A stretch of DNA of 64,000 bases from Candidatus Kapaibacterium sp. (GCA_026003475.1 BPHJ01000001.1:741189-805188); one strand, 5' to 3'. Shown: positions 17,498-28,101, counted from the first letter of the stretch. Notes: generated by a model from the sequence alone, not told the origin. Numbers and translations are program-made.

Positions 17498-18927
17498 ACA
17501 GATGTTGAGGCAGCGATGCGTTGTTCGAGATCAGCCGCAAGACGGAGCAAGAACTCATCCTGGTTGTATGGTGCCTGCAACTGTACGCCGATGGGAAGTC
17601 CATCTGCGGACGTGCCGGCCGGCAGGCTCAGTGCGGGGATGCCGGCAATGTTAGCCGAGACGGTGAGTACGTCGTTGAGATACATCGCCAGTGGATCGCG
17701 GAGCTTTTCGCCGAGTTTGAATGCTGGCGTCGGTGTAGTGGGGAGGAGAATCGCATCGCATTGAGCAAAGATGGTGCGGTAATCCTCGACGATCCAGCGA
17801 CGGGCTTGCTGCGCTTTACGGTAGTACGCATCGTAGTAGCCTGCAGAGAGGACGTAGGTGCCGAGCATAATTCGCCGCTTGACTTCCTGGCCAAACCCAT
17901 TGGTCCGTGTTGCGGTCATCATGTCCTCGTCGTCATCAGCGCGGTAGCCGTAGCGCACACCGTCATAGCGTGCAAGGTTCGATGATGCCTCGGCGGTCGC
18001 CAAGATGTAGTAGGTTGGTATCCATGCTTCGATGGAAGCAAAGCTGATGTCCACAAGTGGATAGTCCACCTCGCGGAGGAGTTCGACAACTTGGTGGTAC
18101 ACCGTGCGTACGTCATCGCTGCAACCATCCAGGATCGTGCTGCCAACAATTCCAATGCACGGGCGCTGCTCATTGGTGCGCAACGGCTCGATCGTTGCTG
18201 AGATAGGTGGAGCCTCCGTACTCGTGCTATCATGCCGATCATGGCCCGATAGGACATAAGCAACGATTGCTGCATCATGCACTGTGCGGGCAATCGGGCC
18301 AATCTGGTCGAGCGATGATGCAAACGCAACCAATCCGTACCGACTAACCCGGCCATACGACGGCTTATAGCCAACAAGACCGCAGAATGCTGCTGGTTGG
18401 CGTATCGAACCGCCCGTGTCCGAGCCGAGTGCGACGTGCGCCATTCGAGCTGCAACAGCAACTGCCGATCCGCCGGATGATCCACCGGGAACGTACTCCG
18501 GATTGTGTGGATTGCGGACGCTGCCGAAAAACGAATTCTCGTTCGACGACCCCATCGCAAATTCATCGAGATTGGTTTTGCCGATGATAATTGCCCCAGC
18601 ATCCCGAAGGCGCGCAACAACGGTTGCATCATAGGTAGGCACAAAGTGCTCCAACATTCGCGATGCGCAGGTCGTCCGAATGCCGCGGGTGGAGATGTTG
18701 TCCTTGATTGCGACGATCATTCCTTCCAGAAGGCGTGGCGATCCTTGCTGGAAGCGCTTGTCGGACTCGGCTGCAGCAGTGCGGGCTTGATCGGGGCATA
18801 CGGTGATGAATGCGCCCAAGTGCTGCAGCTCTTCGATGCGTGCCAAAGCACGCTCGACTTCTTCACTGCAGGATGTTCTCCCGCTAAGAAGATCGTGGCG
18901 AAAATGCTGATAGCTTTCCGATACCAT
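17494..18927 (-). CDS. gatA: Glutamyl-tRNA(Gln) amidotransferase subunit A. The ORF track extends to 19152; the start is placed at MVSESYQ.
   Basis: Amidase signature GGSSGGSAVAVAARMAHVALGSDTGGSIRQPAAFCGLVGYKPSYGRVSRYGL; about 478 aa from the chosen start, typical GatA length. Confidence 0.8.
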   Translation of the reverse strand: MVSESYQHFRHDLLSGRTSCSEEVERALARIEELQHLGAFITVCPDQARTAAAESDKRFQQGSPRLLEGMIVAIKDNISTRGIRTTCASRMLEHFVPTYDATVVARLRDAGAIIIGKTNLDEFAMGSSNENSFFGSVRNPHNPEYVPGGSSGGSAVAVAARMAHVALGSDTGGSIRQPAAFCGLVGYKPSYGRVSRYGLVAFASSLDQIGPIARTVHDAAIVAYVLSGHDRHDSTSTEAPPISATIEPLRTNEQRPCIGIVGSTILDGCSDDVRTVYHQVVELLREVDYPLVDISFASIEAWIPTYYILATAEASSNLARYDGVRYGYRADDDEDMMTATRTNGFGQEVKRRIMLGTYVLSAGYYDAYYRKAQQARRWIVEDYRTIFAQCDAILLPTTPTPAFKLGEKLRDPLAMYLNDVLTVSANIAGIPALSLPAGTSADGLPIGVQLQAPYNQDEFLLRLAADLEQRIAASTSV

Positions 18928-19057
18928 CGCTTGGTAAACCTGGAGATGTTTCACACAACGACACGATTCCCCACCGGACCGGAGGGAATGGGAATGCAAC
19001 GGAGGACCAGCTTGCCAGTAAGCGGAAGGGAGAGTGCAGCATCGCTCCGTTGGTTGA

Positions 19058-19342
19058 TCAAGGTTTCGATTGGTCGAGATGTTCAGTGGCGGCGCTTGTG
19101 TCAGCCGGCAGGCGCGCCATTGTCTGGCGCAGGTGCTCGGCTTCGGCTGCAAGCGGTTGCACCTGTTCGCTCACTGTCGTATTGATCTGGCGTACCTGCT
19201 CGACGAGTTCTTCCTGTGCGCGACGGACCTTCTGGACACCTTTTCCGATGAGCTGCGCAACCTCCGGAATTTTTTTCGGGCCGAACAGGATCAATACGAC
19301 CAGTACGATGAGCAAAAGCTCGCCACCACCGATGTCGAACAT
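19058..19342 (-). CDS. Twin-arginine translocase TatA/TatB-family protein (longer paralog, TatB-like)
   Basis: N-terminal TM helix followed by an amphipathic helix: MFDIGGGELLLIVLVVLILFGPKKIPEVAQLIGKGV. Confidence 0.7.
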   Translation of the reverse strand: MFDIGGGELLLIVLVVLILFGPKKIPEVAQLIGKGVQKVRRAQEELVEQVRQINTTVSEQVQPLAAEAEHLRQTMARLPADTSAATEHLDQSKP

Positions 19343-19345
19343 TGC

Positions 19346-19528
19346 CTACTGAGCGTCGGATTTATCGCTTTGTGTTGGTGTGGATGGTTGTCCACTGGCT
19401 GCTTGCTTGAATTCCCGAATGCCAGCACCAAGGCCGCGCATCAGTTCTGGAATTTTCCGCCCGCCGAAAATCAGCAATGCAACCAGCAAGATGACCAACC
19501 ATTCCATACCACCGGGGAGACCGAACAT
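19346..19528 (-). CDS. tatA: Twin-arginine translocase TatA
   Basis: 60 aa: [43 protein letters not shown], the classic TatA layout. Confidence 0.75.
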   Translation of the reverse strand: MFGLPGGMEWLVILLVALLIFGGRKIPELMRGLGAGIREFKQAASGQPSTPTQSDKSDAQ

Positions 19529-19562
19529 GGAAGTTCGATAAGGTTAGTGAAACTGCATGCCA

Positions 19563-20267
19563 TTAGACACCGACGTTTGCAAAATAGTGCAGGAGCGACT
19601 TGAATACGCCTTGTCCATCGACGCTTCCCAAGATTGGATCACAGGCTCGCTCAGGATGGGGCATCAGACCGAGCACGTTCCCACGGCGATTAATGATGCC
19701 GGCAATATTTGCCACCGAGCCGTTAGGATTGCTTTCGTCGGTAATCGTGCCATCCGGAGCGCAATAGCGGAAGACGATATGTCCGTTGGCTTCAAGGTCG
19801 GCAAGCACATCCGGCAGCGCGTAGTAGCGTCCTTCGCCATGTGCGATTGGAATGCGGAGGACCTGCCCATGCTGATAGGCTGTGGTGAAAGGAGTGTCGG
19901 CATTGTCAACGCGGATATGGACGTGCCGGCAAACGAAGCGCTGCTGCGCGTTTCGGAGCAAGGCTCCCGGTAGGAGCTGTGCTTCGGTGAGAATTTGGAA
20001 GCCGTTGCAAATGCCTATCACAAACCCCCCCCGTTCGGCAAAGCGCACAACCTCGCCCATGATCGGTGAAAATCGAGCAATGGCACCGCTCCGAAGGTAG
20101 TCGCCGTACGAAAAGCCGCCCGGCAAGATGATACAGTCGAGCCCTGGCGGAAGTTCGGTCTCCTTATGCCAGAGGAAGCACGGTTCACGGCCGGTTGTCT
20201 GCTGCACTGCGTAGAATGCATCCCGATCGCAGTTCGAGCCAGGGAAAACGACAATACCAACTTTCAC
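19563..20267 (-). CDS. purQ: Phosphoribosylformylglycinamidine synthase subunit PurQ (glutaminase)
   Basis: [16 protein letters not shown]...[18 protein letters not shown]...ICNGFQIL...HGEGRY...MPHPER. Confidence 0.9.
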   Translation of the reverse strand: MKVGIVVFPGSNCDRDAFYAVQQTTGREPCFLWHKETELPPGLDCIILPGGFSYGDYLRSGAIARFSPIMGEVVRFAERGGFVIGICNGFQILTEAQLLPGALLRNAQQRFVCRHVHIRVDNADTPFTTAYQHGQVLRIPIAHGEGRYYALPDVLADLEANGHIVFRYCAPDGTITDESNPNGSVANIAGIINRRGNVLGLMPHPERACDPILGSVDGQGVFKSLLHYFANVGV

Positions 20268-20524
20268 GGCTCAACATCCTCGATGGTGACGCGGTAATCC
20301 TCGATTATCGGATTTGCCAGTAGCTGGTTGCTCATCGCGTTGCATTGCTCGGTTGCTATCGAGCGATCGGCTGCCTCGAGCTCGAAGGTGATGTGCTTGC
20401 CGATGCGGACATGCTCAACCGTGGTAAAGCCCAATGCATGCAATGCTTGCTCAACTGTTTTCCCTTGCACATCCAAGATTGCAGGGCGGAGGGTAATGGT
20501 TACGGTCGCGCGGTATCGTGGCAT
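20264..20524 (-). CDS. purS: Phosphoribosylformylglycinamidine synthase subunit PurS
   Basis: 86 aa: [42 protein letters not shown]; overlaps the purQ start by 4 nt. Confidence 0.85.
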   Translation of the reverse strand: MPRYRATVTITLRPAILDVQGKTVEQALHALGFTTVEHVRIGKHITFELEAADRSIATEQCNAMSNQLLANPIIEDYRVTIEDVEP

Positions 20525-20541
20525 TCGTACGTGATAGGTCG

Positions 20542-21309
20542 TTAGTCCTCAAAATCATCGAAGTCGAAGCGGTCCTTGCGCCAGCGCTGAAAAATGCTCA
20601 CCGTATGGCTGATGGCACCGCTCAGGATGTACACGAGCATGATGGGAAAGGCAAGACTGCCGCCGGTGGCAATCACGAGTACCACTGCAACAACAACTGC
20701 TGCGCTGAACAATGGCCGTTGACGGAATGAGCGGAGCGTTGGTCGTGGCAAATTGTTGTAGCGGATGGTGCTCACCATCGCCAGTGCTGTCGTGATGGTT
20801 ACAAAATTAGTTGCCCCCGAGCGCCAATCTGTCGGAATCCGTTCGGGTAGCAGGTAGAAAATCACGAACGTGACCACGGTCAGTGCACCGGCTGGTATCG
20901 GTAATCCGCGGAAGTAGAGTTTGTCTTCCAGTGATGTCAACTGAACGTTGAAGCGGGCAAGCCGGTATGCACCTGCCATGGCTGGAAGTGCTGCCAGGAG
21001 CATACCCGCCGGACCAAAAGCGTGGTAGTGGGCAACGTAGAGAAGGAGCGAGGGCGCAACGCCAAAGGAGACAACGTCACAGAGTGAATCGAGCTCCACA
21101 CCGATTTCGCTCGATGAGCGCGTCAGGCGCGCCATGATTCCATCGAGCATATCGAAAATTGCTGCTGCCAGGACGTAGAATGCCCCGGTGATCAGAGCTT
21201 GACTGTCGCTGGTACCTTTTGCAAAATGGATGATCGCCAAAAATCCGCTGAACAGGTTCCCGAGCGTGAACAAGTTGGGGATGATGGAGCGTGTTACACG
21301 GAGTGCCAT
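20542..21309 (-). CDS. pssA: CDP-diacylglycerol--serine O-phosphatidyltransferase (CDP-alcohol phosphatidyltransferase family). The ORF track extends to 21435.
   Basis: PNLFTLGNLFSGFLAII...DMLDGIMARLTRSSSEIGVELDSLCDVVSFGVAP (D-G..AR...G.ELDSL.D motif). Confidence 0.75.
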   Translation of the reverse strand: MALRVTRSIIPNLFTLGNLFSGFLAIIHFAKGTSDSQALITGAFYVLAAAIFDMLDGIMARLTRSSSEIGVELDSLCDVVSFGVAPSLLLYVAHYHAFGPAGMLLAALPAMAGAYRLARFNVQLTSLEDKLYFRGLPIPAGALTVVTFVIFYLLPERIPTDWRSGATNFVTITTALAMVSTIRYNNLPRPTLRSFRQRPLFSAAVVVAVVLVIATGGSLAFPIMLVYILSGAISHTVSIFQRWRKDRFDFDDFED

Positions 21310-21331
21310 CGTCAACTCGGTTGAGGATCGT

Positions 21332-21997
21332 TCACGGCATGATGGCGATGACGCTTTCGGCTGCGCGGACTCGATCCCCCTGGCGAACGGTGAGCTGTGC
21401 CGTTGTTGGTACGAGCACATCCATCCGTGAGCCAAATTTCATCATACCGAAACGTTCGCCAGCGGAAACGGAATCGCCAACCTTGGTTTCAAAAACAATG
21501 CGCCGCGCAAGGACACCAGTAATCTGCCGGAATACCACCTTCCCATGGGAAGTGCGCACGCCGATAGTGGAGCGCTCGTTCAGCTCCGAACTTTTGGGAT
21601 GCCACGCGACAAGGTACTCTCCCGGGTGATATTGCACATACTCGACAATGCCGCTTACGGGGTAACGGTTGACGTGCACATCCAGCGGCGAGAGAAAAAT
21701 GCTGATTTGGATTGCGCTGTCGCCGAGGTACTCCTGTTCGACGGTTGGGGTAATCTGGACAACGCGTCCATCCGCCGGTGCAAGTACGTGACGTCCATCC
21801 AATGCTGACGGAGGAACGACTCGATCGGGATCGCGGAAAAACCACACCGCGAATCCTATGACGGCAACGCCGAGACATGCCAAGATGCCTGCTGCAATAG
21901 CATGGCTACGGAGCACATATGCACCAATGCCAAGGGCGATACCCAGGCCAAGCAGGAGGAAAAAGTTATCGTAGCCGTACCGTGTGATAATGCTCAC
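21332..21997 (-). CDS. psd: Phosphatidylserine decarboxylase (short Psd family). The start is uncertain: GTG at about 21997, or ATG at 22162 or 22189.
   Basis: TM N-terminus then FFRDPDR...LAPADGRVVQI...ISIFLSPLDVHVNRYPVSG...FGMMKFGSRMDVLVP (LGST-like cleavage region GSRMD). The longest ORF would overlap the divergent dnaN start. Confidence 0.7.
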   Translation of the reverse strand: MSIITRYGYDNFFLLLGLGIALGIGAYVLRSHAIAAGILACLGVAVIGFAVWFFRDPDRVVPPSALDGRHVLAPADGRVVQITPTVEQEYLGDSAIQISIFLSPLDVHVNRYPVSGIVEYVQYHPGEYLVAWHPKSSELNERSTIGVRTSHGKVVFRQITGVLARRIVFETKVGDSVSAGERFGMMKFGSRMDVLVPTTAQLTVRQGDRVRAAESVIAIMP

Positions 21998-22174
21998 GTT
22001 CGCTGCGGACGATATGGTCAACGTTCGTAACTTGCAATCCCGCACGCAGGGCACGGGATGCCGTGCCGTGGAATGGTTCGAGAGTAATTTTGTTTCCGAA
22101 CGATCTCGATGCAGGATGCACTCAAAACTACGGCTCCTTGCGTGTGATTCCTCACCAATCATCGTGGTTGACAC

Positions 22175-23269
22175 ATGAATGTACCTCATGCATCACTGGC
22201 TGACTTGGCAGTGGCTCTTGCACGTACCATTCCCGCCGTGCCACCCAAATCAACACTCTATGTCCTCGAGCACATCCAACTCATTGCCGAGGCTGACCAG
22301 CTAACGTTGACCGCCACCGACACCGAAACAACCATCACCGCGCACGTACCGGCACACGTTGCCGCGACGGGATCCATCTTAGTTCCTGCACGCAAGTTTT
22401 ATGACGTCGTGCGTGCGCTGCCCGATGATCAACCGTGTTCACTGACACTATCGGATGGCAAGCTCACACTTACAACAGAGACCGGACACTACGACTTTCC
22501 GACGCTGCGTGCAGATGAATTCCCAGAATTGCCGCTCGTTGAACATGCAGCATCGGTGACTATCTCGCAGAGCGATGCCCACGCGATTGCGGAATCGGTT
22601 GCCTATGCAGCATCGGATGAGCAGTATCGTCCAGCGATGACCGGTGTCAAGTTCGAGCTTGGGTCGGAGTTGATCGCAGTCGCAACCGACGGATACCGCC
22701 TGGCAACGATCGCGCTTCCCATCGGCAATGCCGGCGCGACACACGATGCAATCGTACCAGCTCGTATTGTGGAGTTGCTCGGCAAAGCAGAGGGTGACGT
22801 GACGATTGGGTTTTCTCCAACGCACGCTATCATCACGACTGCAACCGAACGCATCACCACGCGGCTCATTGATGAGTCGTATCCGCAGTGGCGCAACGTG
22901 CTACCCACCGACAACTCGAAGTTGGCAATTGTTGAGCGTGCTGCACTGCTCCGCAGCATCCGTCGCGTGGCGCTCTTCACAAGCAGCGCCAGTCAGTTGG
23001 TGCGCTTCCGGTGGTCAAGTGGGGCTGTGACGCTCTCGGTTACCGACCCCGAAACAGGAGCGCAGGCGGAAGAACAGGTGCTATGTGAGTACACGGACGA
23101 GCCACTCGAGATTGGCTTCAATCACAAATACATCACCGAAGCACTTGCACACCTACCGAGCGAGCGCGCAACGCTTGCATTCTCGGCGCCTACGCGGGCA
23201 GTCCTGATCACCCCAACTGACGATGGCGCACCACGCGTTACGAAACTGGTTATGCCAATGCGGTTGTAG
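22175..23269 (+). CDS. dnaN: DNA polymerase III beta subunit (sliding clamp)
   Basis: Three-domain clamp of about 364 aa; N-terminus LYVLEHIQLIAEADQLTLTATDTETTITAHV, C-terminus RVTKLVMPMRL. Confidence 0.8.
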   Translation: MNVPHASLADLAVALARTIPAVPPKSTLYVLEHIQLIAEADQLTLTATDTETTITAHVPAHVAATGSILVPARKFYDVVRALPDDQPCSLTLSDGKLTLTTETGHYDFPTLRADEFPELPLVEHAASVTISQSDAHAIAESVAYAASDEQYRPAMTGVKFELGSELIAVATDGYRLATIALPIGNAGATHDAIVPARIVELLGKAEGDVTIGFSPTHAIITTATERITTRLIDESYPQWRNVLPTDNSKLAIVERAALLRSIRRVALFTSSASQLVRFRWSSGAVTLSVTDPETGAQAEEQVLCEYTDEPLEIGFNHKYITEALAHLPSERATLAFSAPTRAVLITPTDDGAPRVTKLVMPMRL

Positions 23270-23341
23270 GTTGTTGCAGTTTGTTGTGCTCTTTCTGTCT
23301 GCAACCGATAGGAAAAAACTGCAGTCCTTTGTTTGATCGCA

Positions 23342-24316
23342 ATGGAACAACAGCCGCGTTATGCGATTGGGATTGACGTCGGCGGCACGAGCATCAAGGC
23401 AGGTGTGGTCAGGTTTGATCGAGCTGGTACAGTGCTGGTCGAGCACGCACAGCATGCAACCGCAATGCTTGGTTCGATCGAAGATTTCCTCGGTCTTGTG
23501 TCGGCGCAGTATCAAGCGTGGAGTGCGACGTATCCCACCATCGAAGCGATAGGAATTGGTTTTCCAGCATGTGTTCAATGGTCCGCTGGATTGGTCGCTG
23601 CGCCTCCCAATATTCCGTGGTGGGATGCACCAGTGCAATTTCCACTTCGTGCAGAACTTTCCCGACAGCTTGCCCTACCCGTTGCGGTGGACAATGATGC
23701 AAATGTTGCAGCCCTTGCTGAATGCAAGTTTGGAGTTGCTCGTCAATGGGAGTCCATGCTCTTTGTCACCCTGGGAACAGGTGTTGGCGGTGCACTCATC
23801 ATCAACGGTCAGCTCTATCGCGGGGAGAGGGGCTCAGCTGGGGAACTTGGGCACATGGTGATTGATGCAAGAGCACCGCTTTCCTCTCCTGCGTTTCGAA
23901 CAGGGATTTTGGAGCGTTACGTCGGTCGTGATGCAATCCTCGAACGCGCTCGAAGGTGGTGTGTTGACTATCCGAATTCAAGGCTCGCTCGGATGAATCA
24001 GCTGCTCGATGTTGAAGCTATTGGCGAAGCTGCACGGGATGGGGATGAAGCAGCCCGAGGTGTTCTTGAGGAAACTGCAGAGTTCTTTGGGATTGGTTTG
24101 GCATCAGCCGTGGCGCTTCTGGGGATCGAGCACATTGTCGTTGCTGGTGGGATTGCTGGCTTACCAGAGCTTTTCTTCGACCGTGCGCGCGCAACCTTCC
24201 GTCAACGCTCGCTTCCAGCAATCGCTGATAACGTCCAACTGGTTCGATCGTCCCTGGGAGCAACCGCAGGGGTTCTGGGTGCAGCCTTGTTAGCTCTCGA
24301 TGCCACCTCGGGGTAA
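23342..24316 (+). CDS. ROK-family sugar kinase (glucokinase-like)
   Basis: YAIGIDVGGTSIKAGVV...LPVAVDNDANVAALAE...VTLGTGVGGALIINGQLYRGERGSAGELGHM. Confidence 0.8.
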   Translation: MEQQPRYAIGIDVGGTSIKAGVVRFDRAGTVLVEHAQHATAMLGSIEDFLGLVSAQYQAWSATYPTIEAIGIGFPACVQWSAGLVAAPPNIPWWDAPVQFPLRAELSRQLALPVAVDNDANVAALAECKFGVARQWESMLFVTLGTGVGGALIINGQLYRGERGSAGELGHMVIDARAPLSSPAFRTGILERYVGRDAILERARRWCVDYPNSRLARMNQLLDVEAIGEAARDGDEAARGVLEETAEFFGIGLASAVALLGIEHIVVAGGIAGLPELFFDRARATFRQRSLPAIADNVQLVRSSLGATAGVLGAALLALDATSG

Positions 24317-24345
24317 GGGAACGTTATTTTCGAGTTTCAACGTTT

Positions 24346-27294
24346 GTGCAATGGCACTTTTTCGCAACGACGATGAACAATGGCGATATCCGCCACAACG
24401 GATACCAAGAACTTGAGACCATCACCATACTCGGTGCACGTGAGCACAACCTCAAGAATGTTTGCCTTGAACTGCCTCGCAATCGTTTCATTGTTGTGAC
24501 CGGCGTTTCGGGGTCCGGAAAGTCGTCGTTAGCATTCGATACTCTCTATGCCGAGGGCCAGCGACGATATGTGATGTGTTTATCGCCCTATGCGCGGCAA
24601 TTCCTTGGCGTACTCCGCAAGCCTGATGTTGATAGTATCGAGGGTATTTCGCCAGCCATCAGCATTGACCAGAAGACCAGTGGCTTTACTCCACGCTCGA
24701 CGGTTGGCACCGTGACCGAGATTTACGACTACCTCCGGTTGCTCTACGCGAAGGTTGGGTTGCGGTATTGCCCAGCGTGCAACGTCCCCGTGCGCCAGAC
24801 CACCAGCGATGAGATCATCGAGTCTCTACTGCAGCTTGAAACGGGTACACCCATTGAGCTGCTGGCGCCCCTGGTCCACGGAAGGAAAGGACACTACCGT
24901 GAACTCTTTGCATCCTTGCTTCGGCGTGGCTACACGCGAGTTCGCACCGATGGCGAGCTGCGGGAACTCACCGACGGCATGATGCTCGATCGGTACAAGG
25001 TGCATATGATCGAGCTTGTCGTGGATCGCTTTCCTGTGTCTGCAACCGTTGAACGCCGATTGCGAGACAGCATCGAACTGGCTCTACAAATGGGAGATGG
25101 TCGAGTCATTGTTCTGGTCGGGCGCGAACGTCGAGAAATAACCTTTAGCACGGCGTACGCCTGCCCATCCTGCGGGCGCGGATTCGAGCCACTGGCGCCA
25201 AATTCCTTTTCGTTCAACACGCCCTACGGTTGGTGTCCGGCATGTGAGGGAATGGGGATTCGGGAGGAATTTCTACCAGATCGGATTCTCCCCGACCCGC
25301 AACGTTCCCTTGCTGACGGGGGGCTTGCGATCCTTGGACCAAAACGTGATACACTTCTGTGGCGGCAGGTCCTCGCATTCTGCAAGCGCGAAAGCATTGA
25401 TCCCAATGCACCGATCGAAACTATTCCACCGAATAAGCTGATTGCATTACTCTACGGGCCCAACCGCGGTCGCACCGTGCTCGTTACTCTCGATGCTGAT
25501 GGCGAACAGCTTGAATTGCCCCAGCAATTCCACGGGGTACTGACAACATTCAGGCATCAATTGACAACGACTAGCTCCACGAAAGTGCGCTCCTGGATTA
25601 CCTCGTTTATGGGTACGGCTCCCTGTGCTGAGTGCGATGGTGAGCGCCTTCGCGTGGAAAGTCGAGTCGTTCGAATCGCCGATCGGCGTTTGCCTGAGAT
25701 CGTCGGTTGGGATGTTGCGCAACTACGGCAGTGGATCCAGCACGTTCCTGCATCACTCTCGAAAAATCAACAGTTGATCGCGCGCCAGATTCTCAGTGAA
25801 ATTGACCGACGATTGGGTTTCTTGGTGGACGTGGGGCTCGATTACCTTACGCTTGACAGGCCAGCCCGAACACTCAGTGGCGGCGAAGCACAGCGCATCC
25901 GACTCGCATCCCAGATCGGCTCACAACTGGTTGGCGTCCTCTACGTGCTCGACGAACCGAGTATTGGACTCCACCCACACGATAATCATGCACTGATCGG
26001 CTCGCTCAAACAACTGCGGGACATGGGTAATACTGTTGTTGTCGTCGAGCACGATCGTGATACCATGCTGAGTGCGGACGTATTGGTTGATCTTGGACCT
26101 CGAGCGGGGGTTCATGGAGGGGAAGTCCTCTTTGCTGAATCTCCCAAGCGATTGCGCAAACTTTCGGGGGCAGTGCGTGAACGGTCACTGACGGCTCAGT
26201 ACTTGCTCGGTGAACGGAAAATCGAGCCACCATCGGTGCGCCGACGCCCAAGCGATCGGTGGTTGGTGTTGGAAGGAGCATCTGGAAATAACTTGCGCGA
26301 TCTGACGCTTCGGTTGCCATTGGGGATGTTCGTGTGTGTAACAGGCGTGTCGGGATCAGGGAAGTCGTCGCTCATCCTGGACACACTGTACCCAATTCTG
26401 AGCAACCGCCTGCATCGGACGACACTGCCCGTCCTACCGTATCGTTCGGTCAGTGGCATCGAACACCTCGACAAAGTCATCGAGATTGATCAAAGCCCGA
26501 TCGGCCGCACGCCACGTTCGAATCCTGCAACGTACACGGGTGTGTTCACGCACATCCGACAGCATTTTGCATTGCTCCCCGAAGCCCGTATTCGTGGCTA
26601 CACACAAGGCCGCTTTTCGTTCAACGTCCCTGGTGGGCGCTGTGAAGCGTGTGAGGGTGCTGGCATGCGTACGATCGAGATGAATTATTTGCCCGAAGTC
26701 TATGTGCAGTGCGATGAGTGCGGCGGCAAGCGCTACAATGCCGAAACGCTGAGCGTGACCTACCGCGGAAAATCTATTGCGGACGTACTGGACATGACCG
26801 TCGAGGAGGCGCTCGAATTTTTCGCCGACATTCCTTCTGTTCGGAAAAAGCTCGACGTCCTCAACCGCGTTGGTCTGGGGTATATCACGCTTGGGCAACA
26901 AGCACCGACGCTCAGCGGCGGCGAGGCACAGCGTCTCAAACTGGCAACCGAACTTGCCCGCAGCAGTACCGGGAGCACGCTCTACCTACTCGATGAACCA
27001 ACGACCGGGCTCCACTTCGAAGACATTCGGATTTTGCTCGACTTACTCAACCAGTTGGTTGAACGGGGAAACACCGTTGTTGTCATCGAGCATAACTTGG
27101 ATGTTATCAAGTGTGCCGACTGGATTATTGACCTTGGTCCTGGTGGTGGCCGCGATGGTGGTTGGATTGTCGCAGAAGGTACACCGGAAGACATTGCGTG
27201 CAGTCCGCATTCACTAACGGGACGCTACCTCCGTGCAGAATTAGAAGGGCAGCTGCCCGCCCCGCGGGAGAAGCGAAAAATTTCGTCAGCGTAG
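24346..27294 (+). CDS. uvrA: Excinuclease ABC subunit A. The start may be the MNNGD at 24373.
   Basis: Two ABC modules (GVSGSGKSSLAFDTLYAEGQRRY; VTGVSGSGKSSLILDTLY), Zn-finger Cys pairs (CPACNV, CPSCGRGF, CEACEGAG, CDECGGKRY) and LSGGEAQR signatures. Confidence 0.9.
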   Translation: MQWHFFATTMNNGDIRHNGYQELETITILGAREHNLKNVCLELPRNRFIVVTGVSGSGKSSLAFDTLYAEGQRRYVMCLSPYARQFLGVLRKPDVDSIEGISPAISIDQKTSGFTPRSTVGTVTEIYDYLRLLYAKVGLRYCPACNVPVRQTTSDEIIESLLQLETGTPIELLAPLVHGRKGHYRELFASLLRRGYTRVRTDGELRELTDGMMLDRYKVHMIELVVDRFPVSATVERRLRDSIELALQMGDGRVIVLVGRERREITFSTAYACPSCGRGFEPLAPNSFSFNTPYGWCPACEGMGIREEFLPDRILPDPQRSLADGGLAILGPKRDTLLWRQVLAFCKRESIDPNAPIETIPPNKLIALLYGPNRGRTVLVTLDADGEQLELPQQFHGVLTTFRHQLTTTSSTKVRSWITSFMGTAPCAECDGERLRVESRVVRIADRRLPEIVGWDVAQLRQWIQHVPASLSKNQQLIARQILSEIDRRLGFLVDVGLDYLTLDRPARTLSGGEAQRIRLASQIGSQLVGVLYVLDEPSIGLHPHDNHALIGSLKQLRDMGNTVVVVEHDRDTMLSADVLVDLGPRAGVHGGEVLFAESPKRLRKLSGAVRERSLTAQYLLGERKIEPPSVRRRPSDRWLVLEGASGNNLRDLTLRLPLGMFVCVTGVSGSGKSSLILDTLYPILSNRLHRTTLPVLPYRSVSGIEHLDKVIEIDQSPIGRTPRSNPATYTGVFTHIRQHFALLPEARIRGYTQGRFSFNVPGGRCEACEGAGMRTIEMNYLPEVYVQCDECGGKRYNAETLSVTYRGKSIADVLDMTVEEALEFFADIPSVRKKLDVLNRVGLGYITLGQQAPTLSGGEAQRLKLATELARSSTGSTLYLLDEPTTGLHFEDIRILLDLLNQLVERGNTVVVIEHNLDVIKCADWIIDLGPGGGRDGGWIVAEGTPEDIACSPHSLTGRYLRAELEGQLPAPREKRKISSA

Positions 27295-27299
27295 TTTTG
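27292..27299 (+). promoter_or_regulatory. TAGTTTTG -7 element upstream of etfB, overlapping the uvrA stop codon
   Basis: Matches TAnnTTTG about 35 nt upstream of the etfB ATG. Confidence 0.35.
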
Positions 27300-27334
27300 C
27301 ACCTCTACTGTTCACCACAGCATAACTGATCGCG

Positions 27335-28078
27335 ATGAACATTCTTGTGTGTGTGTCATACGTACCCGATACAGCAGCAAAGATTGGCGCCACACCCGAT
27401 GGAAGTGCGTTGCAACTTCAGGGCGTCAAGTACATTCTCAACCCCTACGATGAGTTTGCTATCGAAGAAGCTCTCCTTCAGCGTGAAAAACATGGCGGAC
27501 GCGTCGTTGCCCTGACCGTTGGCGATGCCGCTGCGACGGAAATTCTCCGCACTGCCCTTGCTATGGGTGCCGATGCTGCAGCAATCGTGACTGACACGAC
27601 GCTGGATTCGTACGGTGTTGCTGTGCAAATTGCTGAGTATGCACGTGCAATGAACGCCGATCTTGTGCTACTCGGTCGCCAGAGCATTGACCACGATTCG
27701 TTCCAGATGGCAAGCACTGTCGGTGCCTTGTTGGGGATGCCCTCGATTTCTGTTGTCTCGAAACTCGATATTGAAGGAACCCGCGTTCGTGCTGAGCGCG
27801 ACGTTGAAGGTGGTAAGGAGATTCTCGAGGCCGAGTTGCCCATTGTCATCAGCGTCCAGAAAGGCATCAACAATCCGCGCTATCCCAAGCTTCCCGACAT
27901 TATGAAAGCCAAGTCAAAACCAATCGAGACGCTCCAAGCACAATCGGTACCGGCGCGGTCGCGACACATTCGGTACGAAGTACCGCAGCAGAAACGCGCA
28001 AATATCATCCTTGGCGATAGTGATGCCGACATTGCTGAATTTGTCCGGCTTCTCCACGAAGAAGCAAAAGTGATTTGA
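27335..28078 (+). CDS. etfB: Electron transfer flavoprotein beta subunit
   Basis: MNILVCVSYVPDTAAKI...NPYDEFAIEEAL...VALTVGD; 247 aa. Confidence 0.85.
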   Translation: MNILVCVSYVPDTAAKIGATPDGSALQLQGVKYILNPYDEFAIEEALLQREKHGGRVVALTVGDAAATEILRTALAMGADAAAIVTDTTLDSYGVAVQIAEYARAMNADLVLLGRQSIDHDSFQMASTVGALLGMPSISVVSKLDIEGTRVRAERDVEGGKEILEAELPIVISVQKGINNPRYPKLPDIMKAKSKPIETLQAQSVPARSRHIRYEVPQQKRANIILGDSDADIAEFVRLLHEEAKVI

Positions 28079-28101
28079 CGTTGAACAACTTTCCAGAACT
28101 C

